Virus record (IMG/VR): IMGVR_UViG_3300027779_000019
Location: 13,680 to 77,679 of that record
DNA length: 64,000 nucleotides
Direction: 5' to 3' (one strand)
Source: a virus
Shown: piece by piece, positions 18,715-26,829 of the stretch
Position numbering within the stretch: position 1 is the first letter of the stretch
Layout of the letters: each line of letters starts with the position of its first letter
Program-made: the position numbers and the translations under genes
Notes under the pieces: model-generated
Databases searched by the model: none
What the model was told of the DNA's origin: nothing
What the model saw: the letters and a program-made list of their open reading frames with translations, nothing else

Positions 18715-18864
18715 AACTGCAAAGAGCATAGCACAATCAGCCAAAAAGTCAAGAGAAAAGAATCACTTTTTTAACAAATATGAATAAAAAAAAGAACAAA
18801 TATTAGGACAAATATGCTTGACAAGTTCATCAAAAACCGAAAAAAATGACTTTTTAAAACTACC

Positions 18865-18941
18865 GTAAGTTATTGACTATCAAGGGTTTACGGCGGGCGG
18901 GCAGCCCGAGGCCCGTAAGTCCTTGGCGGGCAGAGGGTTAG
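18865..18941. repeat. double-palindrome element 6
   Basis: boxes 18865-18891 and 18915-18941. Confidence 0.9.
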
Positions 18942-18996
18942 CACCATCATCGGCGCGCTGTGTCTCAAGCGAAACGATGATGGTTTACGCTAGAGA

Positions 18997-19275
18997 CTAT
19001 ATTGAGTCACCAGCGGGCGTTCGCCTATTCGCGATCCTGTTGAGTTCCGCATTGCATTTACTCATTCGTTTCCGTAGGTTCTGCACCTCCAGTAACGTCT
19101 TGCGCTCAAGCATTTCTTCAGTCTTCATTTCGCTGAAGTACTCAATCATGAAGCGGAGCGTTTTGGTTTTGGTAGTGAACAGCTCATTGCTGAGCTTATC
19201 TAGGCTTTGCTTAACTTCGGGGGATACCCGAAGGTTGATGGCGACGCTTTGGTTGTTTTTCGTTATGTAGTTCAT
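18997..19275 (-). CDS. putative ribbon-helix-helix DNA-binding protein
   Basis: INLRVSPEVKQSLDKLS...TKT.LR..I pattern followed by a coiled coil. Confidence 0.5.
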   Translation of the reverse strand: MNYITKNNQSVAINLRVSPEVKQSLDKLSNELFTTKTKTLRFMIEYFSEMKTEEMLERKTLLEVQNLRKRMSKCNAELNRIANRRTPAGDSI

Positions 19276-19405
19276 TATAAGTTTAAAGTTAGAGCCGCAG
19301 CCGTTAATGCTGCACTGCCCGTTATGCATAGCCACGCATTCAGTTCATTCAATCCGAGATCATTAATTAACCATTTCATTTTATTTATCATAATTCTTTT
19401 TATAT

Positions 19406-19630
19406 CTAGTTGGGCCATACTTGCTCGATGTCCCAGCCATCACGGTCGTTACGCTTACGGCACTCGATGCGAACATCTAATACAGTTGTTTTCCTTATAA
19501 CACCAGCGAAACCGATTGCGTCATTGAACGCCCTATGGTCAGGCTCACCCTTCACCATAGGGAAGGCTTTGAAGTTGATGGTGCCGTCTGTCTTCCAGAA
19601 CACCGTAAACGTTTTGTTTGTATCTCTCAT
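19406..19630 (-). CDS. hypothetical protein (MRD start)
   Basis: begins ATGAGAGAT like the 17.8-18.7 kb genes. Confidence 0.55.
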   Translation of the reverse strand: MRDTNKTFTVFWKTDGTINFKAFPMVKGEPDHRAFNDAIGFAGVIRKTTVLDVRIECRKRNDRDGWDIEQVWPN

Positions 19631-19642
19631 TATATTAAATCC

Positions 19643-19843
19643 TTATTCGCACTCGTGGCACTGGTAGTTTTCCAAGCCGTGATCCCATTGGCCAACTTCT
19701 TCTAGGCTGATCACTACTTCCGCACCGCATCCGCAGCACACAACCTCATGTCCATCCACGGTGTTGTTGTCGTCGTTCCGATCCATCTCGTTGTTCATTT
19801 CGTTATTCATCTTATTCATTTCGTTGCTCTTTCTCTCACTCAC
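19643..19843 (-). CDS. small Cys-rich protein
   Basis: promoter TTGACT 19879; GTGAGTGAGAGA start; two CxxC-like pairs. Confidence 0.5.
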   Translation of the reverse strand: MSERKSNEMNKMNNEMNNEMDRNDDNNTVDGHEVVCCGCGAEVVISLEEVGQWDHGLENYQCHECE

Positions 19844-19882
19844 TTGTTATATCGTATCACATTTAAGGTTGAAAGTCAACAC

Positions 19883-20071
19883 TTATTTTGGATTATTTCC
19901 ACAATATCCAGCCAGTTGATTGGCTTGGTGCTTGGGGTCATTGTTCACCGTGTAGGTGTTACCGTTCAAGGTGAAGGTGTCACGCTTGGCCTCACGGCGG
20001 CGACGTTGCTCCAAGTGTCTGCGGATCTCTGATATTGTCATTTGATTGTTCATTGTCTTTCTCTCACTCAC
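19883..20071 (-). CDS. hypothetical protein
   Basis: promoter TTGACT 20107; GTGAGTGAGAGA at the predicted transcript start. Confidence 0.5.
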   Translation of the reverse strand: MSERKTMNNQMTISEIRRHLEQRRRREAKRDTFTLNGNTYTVNNDPKHQANQLAGYCGNNPK

Positions 20072-20157
20072 TGGGTATAGTCTAACACGATAGGCCCGAA
20101 AAGTCAAGCGGTTTCTTTGTTTTATTTCATTTTTATTTCGTGTGATTCTTTACCTAG

Positions 20158-20173
20158 TTGGCACGATTATTGC
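20158..20173 (+). promoter_or_regulatory. sigma54 (-24/-12) consensus site
   Basis: TTGGCACGATTATTGC matches TGGCACG-N4-TTGC. Confidence 0.6.
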
Positions 20174-20196
20174 CTAGTGATGATTGTATAACTGTC

Positions 20197-20272
20197 GTAA
20201 GTCATTGACTATTAGGTACTTACGCCTCGGGGCCAGCCCGCCGACGTAAGTCCTTGGTGCTCAGTGGGTTAC
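20197..20272. repeat. double-palindrome element 7 (centre of the divergent hub)
   Basis: boxes 20197-20223 and 20246-20272. Confidence 0.9.
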
Positions 20273-20295
20273 GCGAATGGCATGCTTCATGTGTG

Positions 20296-20311
20296 GCAGG
20301 TATCGTGCCAA
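20296..20311 (-). promoter_or_regulatory. sigma54 (-24/-12) consensus-like site
   Basis: TTGGCACGATACCTGC on the minus strand, GG-N10-GC. Confidence 0.55.
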
Positions 20312-20401
20312 GTCATTATAATACGACACGAAAAGAAAGTTATTTTTTTTACATTTAGGGGTTGACTTTTGAGGTAAGATGTGATATCATATTCCTAGTG
20401 A

Positions 20402-20587
20402 GTGAGGGGAGACCCTCCAACAGAAAGACAGATTATGGAAGATAAGAAGATTAAGACAGTTAAGGTCAAAGGGCCTTGGGTAGATGGAGTGCAGACAGTC
20501 AAGGAGATCAGCCTAGACGAGTGGACAAGCTATACGCCACTAAACAGGCGAGTACGGGGAGAATGGTTCCGAGTAGTTAAGTGGTAA
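20402..20587 (+). CDS. hypothetical protein
   Basis: promoter TTGACT 20362 / TATCAT; start uncertain (GTG 20402 or ATG 20435). Confidence 0.5.
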   Translation: MRGDPPTERQIMEDKKIKTVKVKGPWVDGVQTVKEISLDEWTSYTPLNRRVRGEWFRVVKW

Positions 20588-20630
20588 AAAGGGCTTGACT
20601 TTATAGGTAAAGTGTGATATCATTTATCCA

Positions 20631-20903
20631 GTGAGTGAGAGAAACAGTAAGATGAAAAACAAAATAAAATTCCTAAACGTAGTGTTCAACGTCAAGCGCA
20701 ACGCCGCTTACCAAGGCAACCACGAGCTTGCCAGAACCGATAGAATCCACACGACCTTCCCGCTCGGCACAACCGAGGAGGAAATGATCAGCGAGTTTCA
20801 CTCGGAGCTAGTCAACATCGACATTAACGGTAAGACTTGGCTAAAGGGTGAAATGATTCAGGTCACCAGCATTGATAATTGTTTCGAAGATTCAACTAAC
20901 TAA
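20631..20903 (+). CDS. hypothetical protein
   Basis: promoter TTGACT 20595 / TATCAT; GTGAGTGAGAGA start. Confidence 0.55.
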   Translation: MSERNSKMKNKIKFLNVVFNVKRNAAYQGNHELARTDRIHTTFPLGTTEEEMISEFHSELVNIDINGKTWLKGEMIQVTSIDNCFEDSTN

Positions 20904-20925
20904 ATTAAAACTAAACTATAACAAG

Positions 20926-21156
20926 ATGAGTATGCAAAGTATATGTTTCGCAGGGGTCACGCACAGCGATGGCCAGATTGCCGATGAAGACACAGCCAAC
21001 CACGTTGACGGCGGCTTCTTCGGTGTAGAGAACACAGTCCAACTCGGTGAGTGGGCGCAGGTTGACGGGGTAGGGCTGGGCGACTGGGCCAGCGAACTGG
21101 CGAGCTTGGCGGAGGATGGGTACAGTGACGTCACGTCCCTTGACTACGTAGGGTAG
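20926..21156 (+). CDS. hypothetical acidic protein
   Basis: ATG 20926 in the frame of track ORF 20872..21156. Confidence 0.5.
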   Translation: MSMQSICFAGVTHSDGQIADEDTANHVDGGFFGVENTVQLGEWAQVDGVGLGDWASELASLAEDGYSDVTSLDYVG

Positions 21157-21158
21157 GC

Positions 21159-21238
21159 CACCCCCTCCCCCCACGGCCCCGCCCCCTTTTTGAAAACAAG
21201 AGGGGGGGCGGGGGTAATATATAGCATGGGGGAGGGTG
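21159..21238. repeat. C-tract/G-tract nested inverted repeat at the module boundary
   Basis: CCCCGCCCCC/GGGGGCGGGG inner stem and CCCTCCCCC/GGGGGAGGG outer stem. Confidence 0.65.
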
Positions 21239-21390
21239 TTTTCATTCTCCCCGAAATCTTTGGGGGTATTGGAATAAACAAATCTAAAAAAATCCCAGAC
21301 AATCTAAAAAAATATCACCCTTTCGAATATCAATCCAGCTGCGCTGGATTTAAATTAATGAATTTATATCGAAGACAAGTGCACTTATAT

Positions 21391-21864
21391 TTAGCGCCGC
21401 CCATCTCTTAACCGATTGATAATCAGGGAAGTAGAGCGCCCTTTCTTAAACGGTAGGATGCAAATTTCCGCCCTGACCATCTCTAAAACGCTCCTTTCGC
21501 ATATATTGAGAGACTCTACGGAGTAATCTCCGCCTTTTGCATAAATGTGAGGCCTACTAGAAGCTATAAAGTCTCTGCCACCCTTTTCGGGGAAGACAGT
21601 TACTACGTCGACGGCTCTTAAGGCGTCGAGAACGGCCGCTCTATCGTTTTCTGAGTTAATTGGGCGGTCAGACCCCTTAAGTTGGCGTACGGAGGCGTCA
21701 CTATCGCATCCTACAAGTAGCAGGTCGCCCAAAGCAGCAGCTTTATTAAGATAATCTACATGACCAGCATGCAACAGGTCGAAACAACCATTCGTTACAA
21801 CTAACTTCGTGCTTGGGTCAAGATCGTCTCGCCAACTACGTAAATCATCAATAGAAACAAACAT
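21391..21864 (-). CDS. rfaE2: D-glycero-beta-D-manno-heptose 1-phosphate adenylyltransferase (RfaE domain II/HldC-like)
   Basis: TNGCFDLLHAGH, SDASVR.LKG..RPIN, KGGDY and STS.II motifs. Confidence 0.88.
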   Translation of the reverse strand: MFVSIDDLRSWRDDLDPSTKLVVTNGCFDLLHAGHVDYLNKAAALGDLLLVGCDSDASVRQLKGSDRPINSENDRAAVLDALRAVDVVTVFPEKGGRDFIASSRPHIYAKGGDYSVESLNICERSVLEMVRAEICILPFKKGRSTSLIINRLRDGRR

Positions 21865-21909
21865 ACAAATATATTTAGATAAACGGGTGTCTTTTTACTA
21901 TAATTTTTC

Positions 21910-22941
21910 ATGTGCAAGGAACTCTCTTCCGCCAAAGGGATCGTCTATAGGATACAGTGTTTAGTCTCCGATAAATCCTACGTAGGTCAAACAGGTAAAC
22001 ATTTATCCTTCTTCGATAGATACTCCGTAAAAAGATCATTACAAGATAAAACTCAAATCGAGCTACTAGAATACTTCAAAAGAGGTAAAACAAATAGATT
22101 TGGATCTGAACTTAGGAGAGACGTCGAAGCTTACCCCCCTGATCAGTTCAGGGTTACTATATTAGCCAAAGAAATAAAAAAAGACAAGGAAAGAGACTCC
22201 CTAGAGGCGGAATTCATCAAAAAATACAAAACCCTTGAAAAAGGATACAATACGATGAAAAATAGCTCTTTCGCCCGTCGCGAATTGAACTCTCCTTATT
22301 CTATCGTAGATCTAAGGACAATGAAGGAACTAAAAGGTAGTGACTTAAATGCCTTCGTCAAATCAATAATAACTGAAATAAGGCCCACCCATCGGTCAGG
22401 TAAGGAAAAAGAAAACGCCTTCAAGGTGACAAGATCACTGCTTTCGACTTTGCCTGTGTCGTTTAGGACTAATTTGCGAACCGGAAGATGGAATTGGCAC
22501 ACCTCGATTGAAAATTTCTCAATATACGGATACGCCTCGTCTTGGTGGTTAAAAAGCGGAGTACCGGACAACATGGAAGTAGTTCCCCATGAATACGACA
22601 CAATTTCCGGTAAAATGACATTACCGCTGCTTAAAATAAAAGAAGGGTACCTAGTAGAACACGGGCGAGGAAAAGCGTTTAATCCTGAACCGTTTATTTT
22701 CTCTATAGACCCAATAGAGCATCAAAAACAAAAAGAAATCATAAAAAATGAATTATCAGAGTGGATCTCGAACGAAGCTCTCAGTTATGCAGAAAAATTA
22801 GCGGAAAAATACAAATTTATATTAAATACCCCAATCGGGCCGGGAGGTGTGGATTCTTATCTGAATCTAATAGTCGAAGACGGCGGCCGGAACTCGTCGC
22901 ACGCGCACCCGCAACTTGGTGGCCGCGACCGAAAAAAGTAG
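21910..22941 (+). CDS. GIY-YIG domain endonuclease (free-standing, homing-type)
   Basis: GIVYRI...K.YVGQT, E..FI..Y.T...GYN motifs; opposite strand to its neighbours. Confidence 0.65.
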   Translation: MCKELSSAKGIVYRIQCLVSDKSYVGQTGKHLSFFDRYSVKRSLQDKTQIELLEYFKRGKTNRFGSELRRDVEAYPPDQFRVTILAKEIKKDKERDSLEAEFIKKYKTLEKGYNTMKNSSFARRELNSPYSIVDLRTMKELKGSDLNAFVKSIITEIRPTHRSGKEKENAFKVTRSLLSTLPVSFRTNLRTGRWNWHTSIENFSIYGYASSWWLKSGVPDNMEVVPHEYDTISGKMTLPLLKIKEGYLVEHGRGKAFNPEPFIFSIDPIEHQKQKEIIKNELSEWISNEALSYAEKLAEKYKFILNTPIGPGGVDSYLNLIVEDGGRNSSHAHPQLGGRDRKK

Positions 22942-22971
22942 AAAAGAGAGGTCTAAGCTTTTACGACTTAC

Positions 22972-23741
22972 TTAAACTTCTATAGCGCCTCTAAAAACTG
23001 AACCCGGCTGGGACATAACTATATCGAAAGTCCCTTCAGGCCACTTTTCGACATCGTCAAAAACATAACCCAAGTCTTTTAAGTTATTTAAAGTAATTTG
23101 AAGATTCTTCATATCATAATGCTTCGAGCCGTCAGCTATCTCAACGACAAGGGGGGGCTTTTCCTCTAGATTTGTCAAAGTCTCCTTCATTCCGTTAAGG
23201 ACCTTTACTTCGTATCCTTCTACGTCTATCTTAATTAAGTCTATACCGTTTTTGAGTTGGAAGGTCGGGTATACTTCGTCAAAAGGCACCATAGGAACGT
23301 CTAGGATCGAGCCTGAGCAATCTTTTTGCCAATCCTTGACCATTGTGTTCCATCCGAAATTACAGTCCTTGTTGTTTATTGCTATTTTTCCTATACCTCT
23401 TTCGTCAGATAGGGAGTACTCCATTATCTCGATAGATGGATCACTAATCAAGCAAGAAAATCACTAATCAAGCAAGAAAATTTAAACGCCGCCCATCTTG
23501 CGTATAAAGGGACGGGCTCAAACAAAAGTATCCTTTCGAACTCGTAAGGAGATTCATTCAACATAAGTTCAGCGAAAGTTCCTGTATTGGCTCCTACGTC
23601 AATTATGGTTAATTTTTTTTCTTTATTTAACTCGGGAAGCTTATCTTTTACGTTCCTGAGCTCGTTCGTGCAGGTGGTATCCCACCTAGTTAAGTTTTTC
23701 GCTGATTGGGCGGTAACTTTCCAACCCGGTTCTATAGCCAT
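22972..23741 (-). pseudogene. FkbM-family methyltransferase split by a 20-bp tandem duplication
   Basis: IDVGANTG and FEP in the 5' part, IKIDVEGYE..VL.G in the 3' part; removing one copy of the 23441-23480 repeat gives a 249-aa ORF. Confidence 0.85.
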
Positions 23742-24008
23742 ATGTTATTGTATATTAGTCTGCCTGCTCATTTCTATTGTTTTTTCATGAGCAATATTGT
23801 TTATTTTAACTAATTTATCATATACGTAATTAAACCTTTTCCTATCTAACGTTAGGCTGTCGTTAGTTACTGCATGTTTTATTATTTGTATTAATTCATT
23901 TGAGATTTTCATTATGTCTTGCATCGTTTGGCTTTGGTTGTTCATGATGTTTTTGGGCACTAATCCTCCTGCTCTCTGCGAGAGGAGGGAGCTAGTTTAA
24001 GTAACACG

Positions 24009-24266
24009 TCACCTCGCTTCTGTAAATCTATCTATTTTCACCTCTAGCTTGTCGAATCTTTCATGTACCGCGGTGAGGCCTTGGTTGAGGTCCGCTTTAG
24101 TTACGTATTGCCTTGGGAGCTCTATAGCTAATTGGGTTATTCTGGTAGTCGTTTCGTCGTGCTTCCTCCACAGATCGTCTATACTGATGTATACTCTTTT
24201 AAGCATCCATGCCGCGAAGAAAGCTATCAGCCCAAAGGCTATATCTATAATATATTGAGGTTCCAT
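24009..24266 (-). CDS. small membrane/coiled-coil protein (holin-like)
   Basis: N-terminal transmembrane helix, LP..YV.K.D...R.D.LE.KID. Confidence 0.5.
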   Translation of the reverse strand: MEPQYIIDIAFGLIAFFAAWMLKRVYISIDDLWRKHDETTTRITQLAIELPRQYVTKADLNQGLTAVHERFDKLEVKIDRFTEAR

Positions 24267-24291
24267 GACGTCGAAACACTATTACACGAAA

Positions 24292-24660
24292 TTAATCCTC
24301 TTTCATTCTAAAACCTATCCTCCAGAGGAAATTAGCCATGCTGTCCGACATCTCCGCGACATACTCATTATCAAGAGAAAAAATACAAGCATGTATAGCT
24401 TCATCTAAACAAGTAGTTAGGAAGTCGTACTCTGCTAGATTAGGATTGATATGTATGGTTTTTTCTGGAGCCTTATTGTCTTCGCATAATCCCCAAGCGT
24501 CTCCTCCGGCTAGAGACTTAGGAGGCTTTTTCCAAACTACTCTATACCTATGACTTGCGAAATCGTGGACCCTCACCTTATCCCTTAGAGCTCTTCTCGC
24601 TTTAATTGAGACCTTGCGTCCATAGGGTGATTGTGGTTTTCCTTTTGTGGTCCGGCTCAT
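24292..24660 (-). CDS. hypothetical protein (degenerate zincin-like DEAIH motif)
   Basis: WG.C......I.I...L.....T.LDEAIHA pattern. Confidence 0.45.
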   Translation of the reverse strand: MSRTTKGKPQSPYGRKVSIKARRALRDKVRVHDFASHRYRVVWKKPPKSLAGGDAWGLCEDNKAPEKTIHINPNLAEYDFLTTCLDEAIHACIFSLDNEYVAEMSDSMANFLWRIGFRMKED

Positions 24661-25196
24661 ATTTTTAGGTCTGCTTTAGATTTGCGGGAGGGAACCTTAA
24701 TGACACTTTCTCGTGGTGCGTATTTTTTAACTTTTTTCTCGTCTCTTTTATCGTTGTCCTTCTTTTCGCTACGCGGCATTAACTTCGGAGTAGATCTTCC
24801 CCTGCCGGAAGCCACTAATGTAGTAGGCAATGAATTGCTTTTCAAGCTTAAAAGCCTATAACGACCGTTGTCGCTTACGTAAACGGTATTTGGCCCTATC
24901 TTTTCGAGCTTAATGCCGTTTTTGAGCTGTTTTTCCAGTAATGAAATATATTTATTGGACGCTCCGTGCCGCTTAATAAGCAAATGTACTTTTTGGACCT
25001 TGTTTAGCCGCGTAATGCCCGTCAGATACATATCTGTACTGATGATATTTGTGATGGGTGGCAAAATCCTTATCGCCTTTTCTTTGGCAAGGTTAAAAGC
25101 GTTACGCTCGACTACGCTATTGTAAACATTGGTCTCTTGGCCATTTAGGGCAGCAATTAGGCTAAAAAATACAAAAACTGTAAATATAGTCCTCAT
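24657..25196 (-). CDS. secreted protein, possibly GspC/PilP-like
   Basis: signal peptide, Y..VVERN.F.L and LTGIT motifs. Confidence 0.4.
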   Translation of the reverse strand: MRTIFTVFVFFSLIAALNGQETNVYNSVVERNAFNLAKEKAIRILPPITNIISTDMYLTGITRLNKVQKVHLLIKRHGASNKYISLLEKQLKNGIKLEKIGPNTVYVSDNGRYRLLSLKSNSLPTTLVASGRGRSTPKLMPRSEKKDNDKRDEKKVKKYAPRESVIKVPSRKSKADLKI

Positions 25197-25229
25197 AACA
25201 ACAATTACACCATAGCACCTATTTCTAGT

Positions 25230-25349
25230 TCAAGTTTCATTTTCTTTCTTACTGTTTCGCCTTTCCTTCTTCCAAAATACTCTTTGCCAATATTTGCGCA
25301 AATGCTTTCTCCATTGCGGTGATCTGGTTAATTTGCTTTTTCTGGCCAT
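25230..25349 (-). CDS. 39-aa basic Trp-rich peptide
   Basis: MARKSKLTRSPQWRKHLRKYWQRVFWKKERR; overlaps the upstream ORF; below the track cutoff. Confidence 0.45.
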   Translation of the reverse strand: MARKSKLTRSPQWRKHLRKYWQRVFWKKERRNSKKENET

Positions 25350-25506
25350 TCTTCTTTTCTTCTTTCCTGTATGGTAAGTTTTTCTTTTTTGTTGCCGTGC
25401 GCGCTACGTCGCGGGTTGCAGCAGCATTGACAGCGAGGCTTGTTGTCTCTTGTTTTCTCTGGCCTACCGGTTTCTAGATTTAAATTGTTTCTTATAGTTC
25501 TGCTCA
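25328..25506 (-). CDS. small Cys-rich basic protein
   Basis: C.C..CNPRR...G....T.QE.R motif. Confidence 0.5.
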
Positions 25507-25730
25507 TTTTCATTTACACGCCTTTAAGATGCCCAACGCTACAAAACCAATTATAATAATTACCGCAAGATAAAGATCATAGCCCGGAAACCATTTAATC
25601 TTTATTTCCTTTTTATTTTTTTATTAGCCATTGGAAACCCATAATTACGAGTTCAGCAAGTATAAAAGGAGATAATATAAGTAGCCCAAAACCAACCGCC
25701 ACCTTGTCGAACCATGTTTCTTTTACCCAT

Positions 25731-26066
25731 TTAACTTTCATCTCTTTTAAACTTAATATAAGCTGTTTCCGCTTCGTTTTCGCACGAACTGTTAGTCGGT
25801 GCGTCTGCTTCTTTTTCGCTCATGCCCACAAGGCTATTAGCCAATAAATAAGCCTCAACCTCTTCACCGCTAACGTCAGCCAACATTTTGCCATCAATTT
25901 CAACACAGGGTTGCAGCATTTGGTTTGTTTTTAGTATCATTTCTTGTCGATGCTCTGGGTCGTTGATTATATCTCGATCATCGAATGGTAGATCGTACTT
26001 ACGCATTATAGAGCGTACTCCATTGCTCCATCCGCAGGACGGTTTCATGTATGTTGTTATTTTCAT
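25731..26066 (-). CDS. glutaredoxin-like protein
   Basis: Y.KP.CGWS active site, QPCVEIDG. Confidence 0.8.
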   Translation of the reverse strand: MKITTYMKPSCGWSNGVRSIMRKYDLPFDDRDIINDPEHRQEMILKTNQMLQPCVEIDGKMLADVSGEEVEAYLLANSLVGMSEKEADAPTNSSCENEAETAYIKFKRDES

Positions 26067-26071
26067 TCTTT

Positions 26072-26470
26072 TTATCTTGTTCCGCCTGCTTCAGTTTCCC
26101 TTGGGTACCCCGAGGCAGGAAGAAACGGGTGTGGTGGATTATGGAGTTCTTGTTGTTGTACAGACTTAATTCTAAGGGTGTCAACGTGGGCTTCCATTAT
26201 TTCAACATCTTTTTCGATAAACCGTAGACGCATATTCTGTTCCGCATCGTCTGGGAGGGCTCCGAGTTGACCAAGAGGCCACTTGACGCGAAATTCTGAG
26301 TTCATGAGCACGCTATCTTTCATTCTTATTACGTCTGTTTCTAGGTGAGAAATCTTAGAAGTCAAACCAAAATACCCCCAGACAATCATCGCTGCTAGTA
26401 CTATAATTTGTATTAGCCACTTGACGTTAATACCCAAACTTGTTTGGTCGTTTAACTTATGCTGCTCCAT
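26072..26470 (-). CDS. membrane-anchored phage protein
   Basis: transmembrane helix, EFR.KWP.G..G.LP.DAEQ motif. Confidence 0.6.
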   Translation of the reverse strand: MEQHKLNDQTSLGINVKWLIQIIVLAAMIVWGYFGLTSKISHLETDVIRMKDSVLMNSEFRVKWPLGQLGALPDDAEQNMRLRFIEKDVEIMEAHVDTLRIKSVQQQELHNPPHPFLPASGYPRETEAGGTR

Positions 26471-26489
26471 GATATATCTAATTACACGA

Positions 26490-26807
26490 TTAAGGCTTAT
26501 TATACCTTTGGGGCTCTTTTTTCTTAAGCCATTTTATAGAGTGAACTTCGTATCCGGCATTTTTTACTATTTTTCTTATTTCAGAAGGGTGGATCTCTAT
26601 ACCAAAATATTCTATTAAAACTACTTGTCTATTTATATCTAATTTAAGTAGCTTTACCAATCTAGTCTTCGAGAACCCTTTTTTAATACCTATACCGCAA
26701 GAAGAACAAACTAAACCTTTTACTCCTATTTCTATGTCAGGATCAAATATATCCGCTTTTAAGGAGGCGGACAGACAAAAAAACAATATTAATAAGTATT
26801 TAATCAT
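26490..26807 (-). CDS. exported heavy-metal-associated (HMA) domain protein
   Basis: signal peptide from MIKYLL; V.G.VC..C and I...V..AGY. Confidence 0.7.
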   Translation of the reverse strand: MIKYLLILFFCLSASLKADIFDPDIEIGVKGLVCSSCGIGIKKGFSKTRLVKLLKLDINRQVVLIEYFGIEIHPSEIRKIVKNAGYEVHSIKWLKKKEPQRYNKP

Positions 26808-26829
26808 AGTGGTTATTACACTCGATCTC

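Noticed and set aside
9158-20272. Palindromic repeats as a CRISPR array or a classical integron
   Set aside because: Copies are degenerate, paired and kilobases apart with whole genes between them. No cas or intI gene is present, and there are no clear RYYYAAC/GTTRRRY attC ends.
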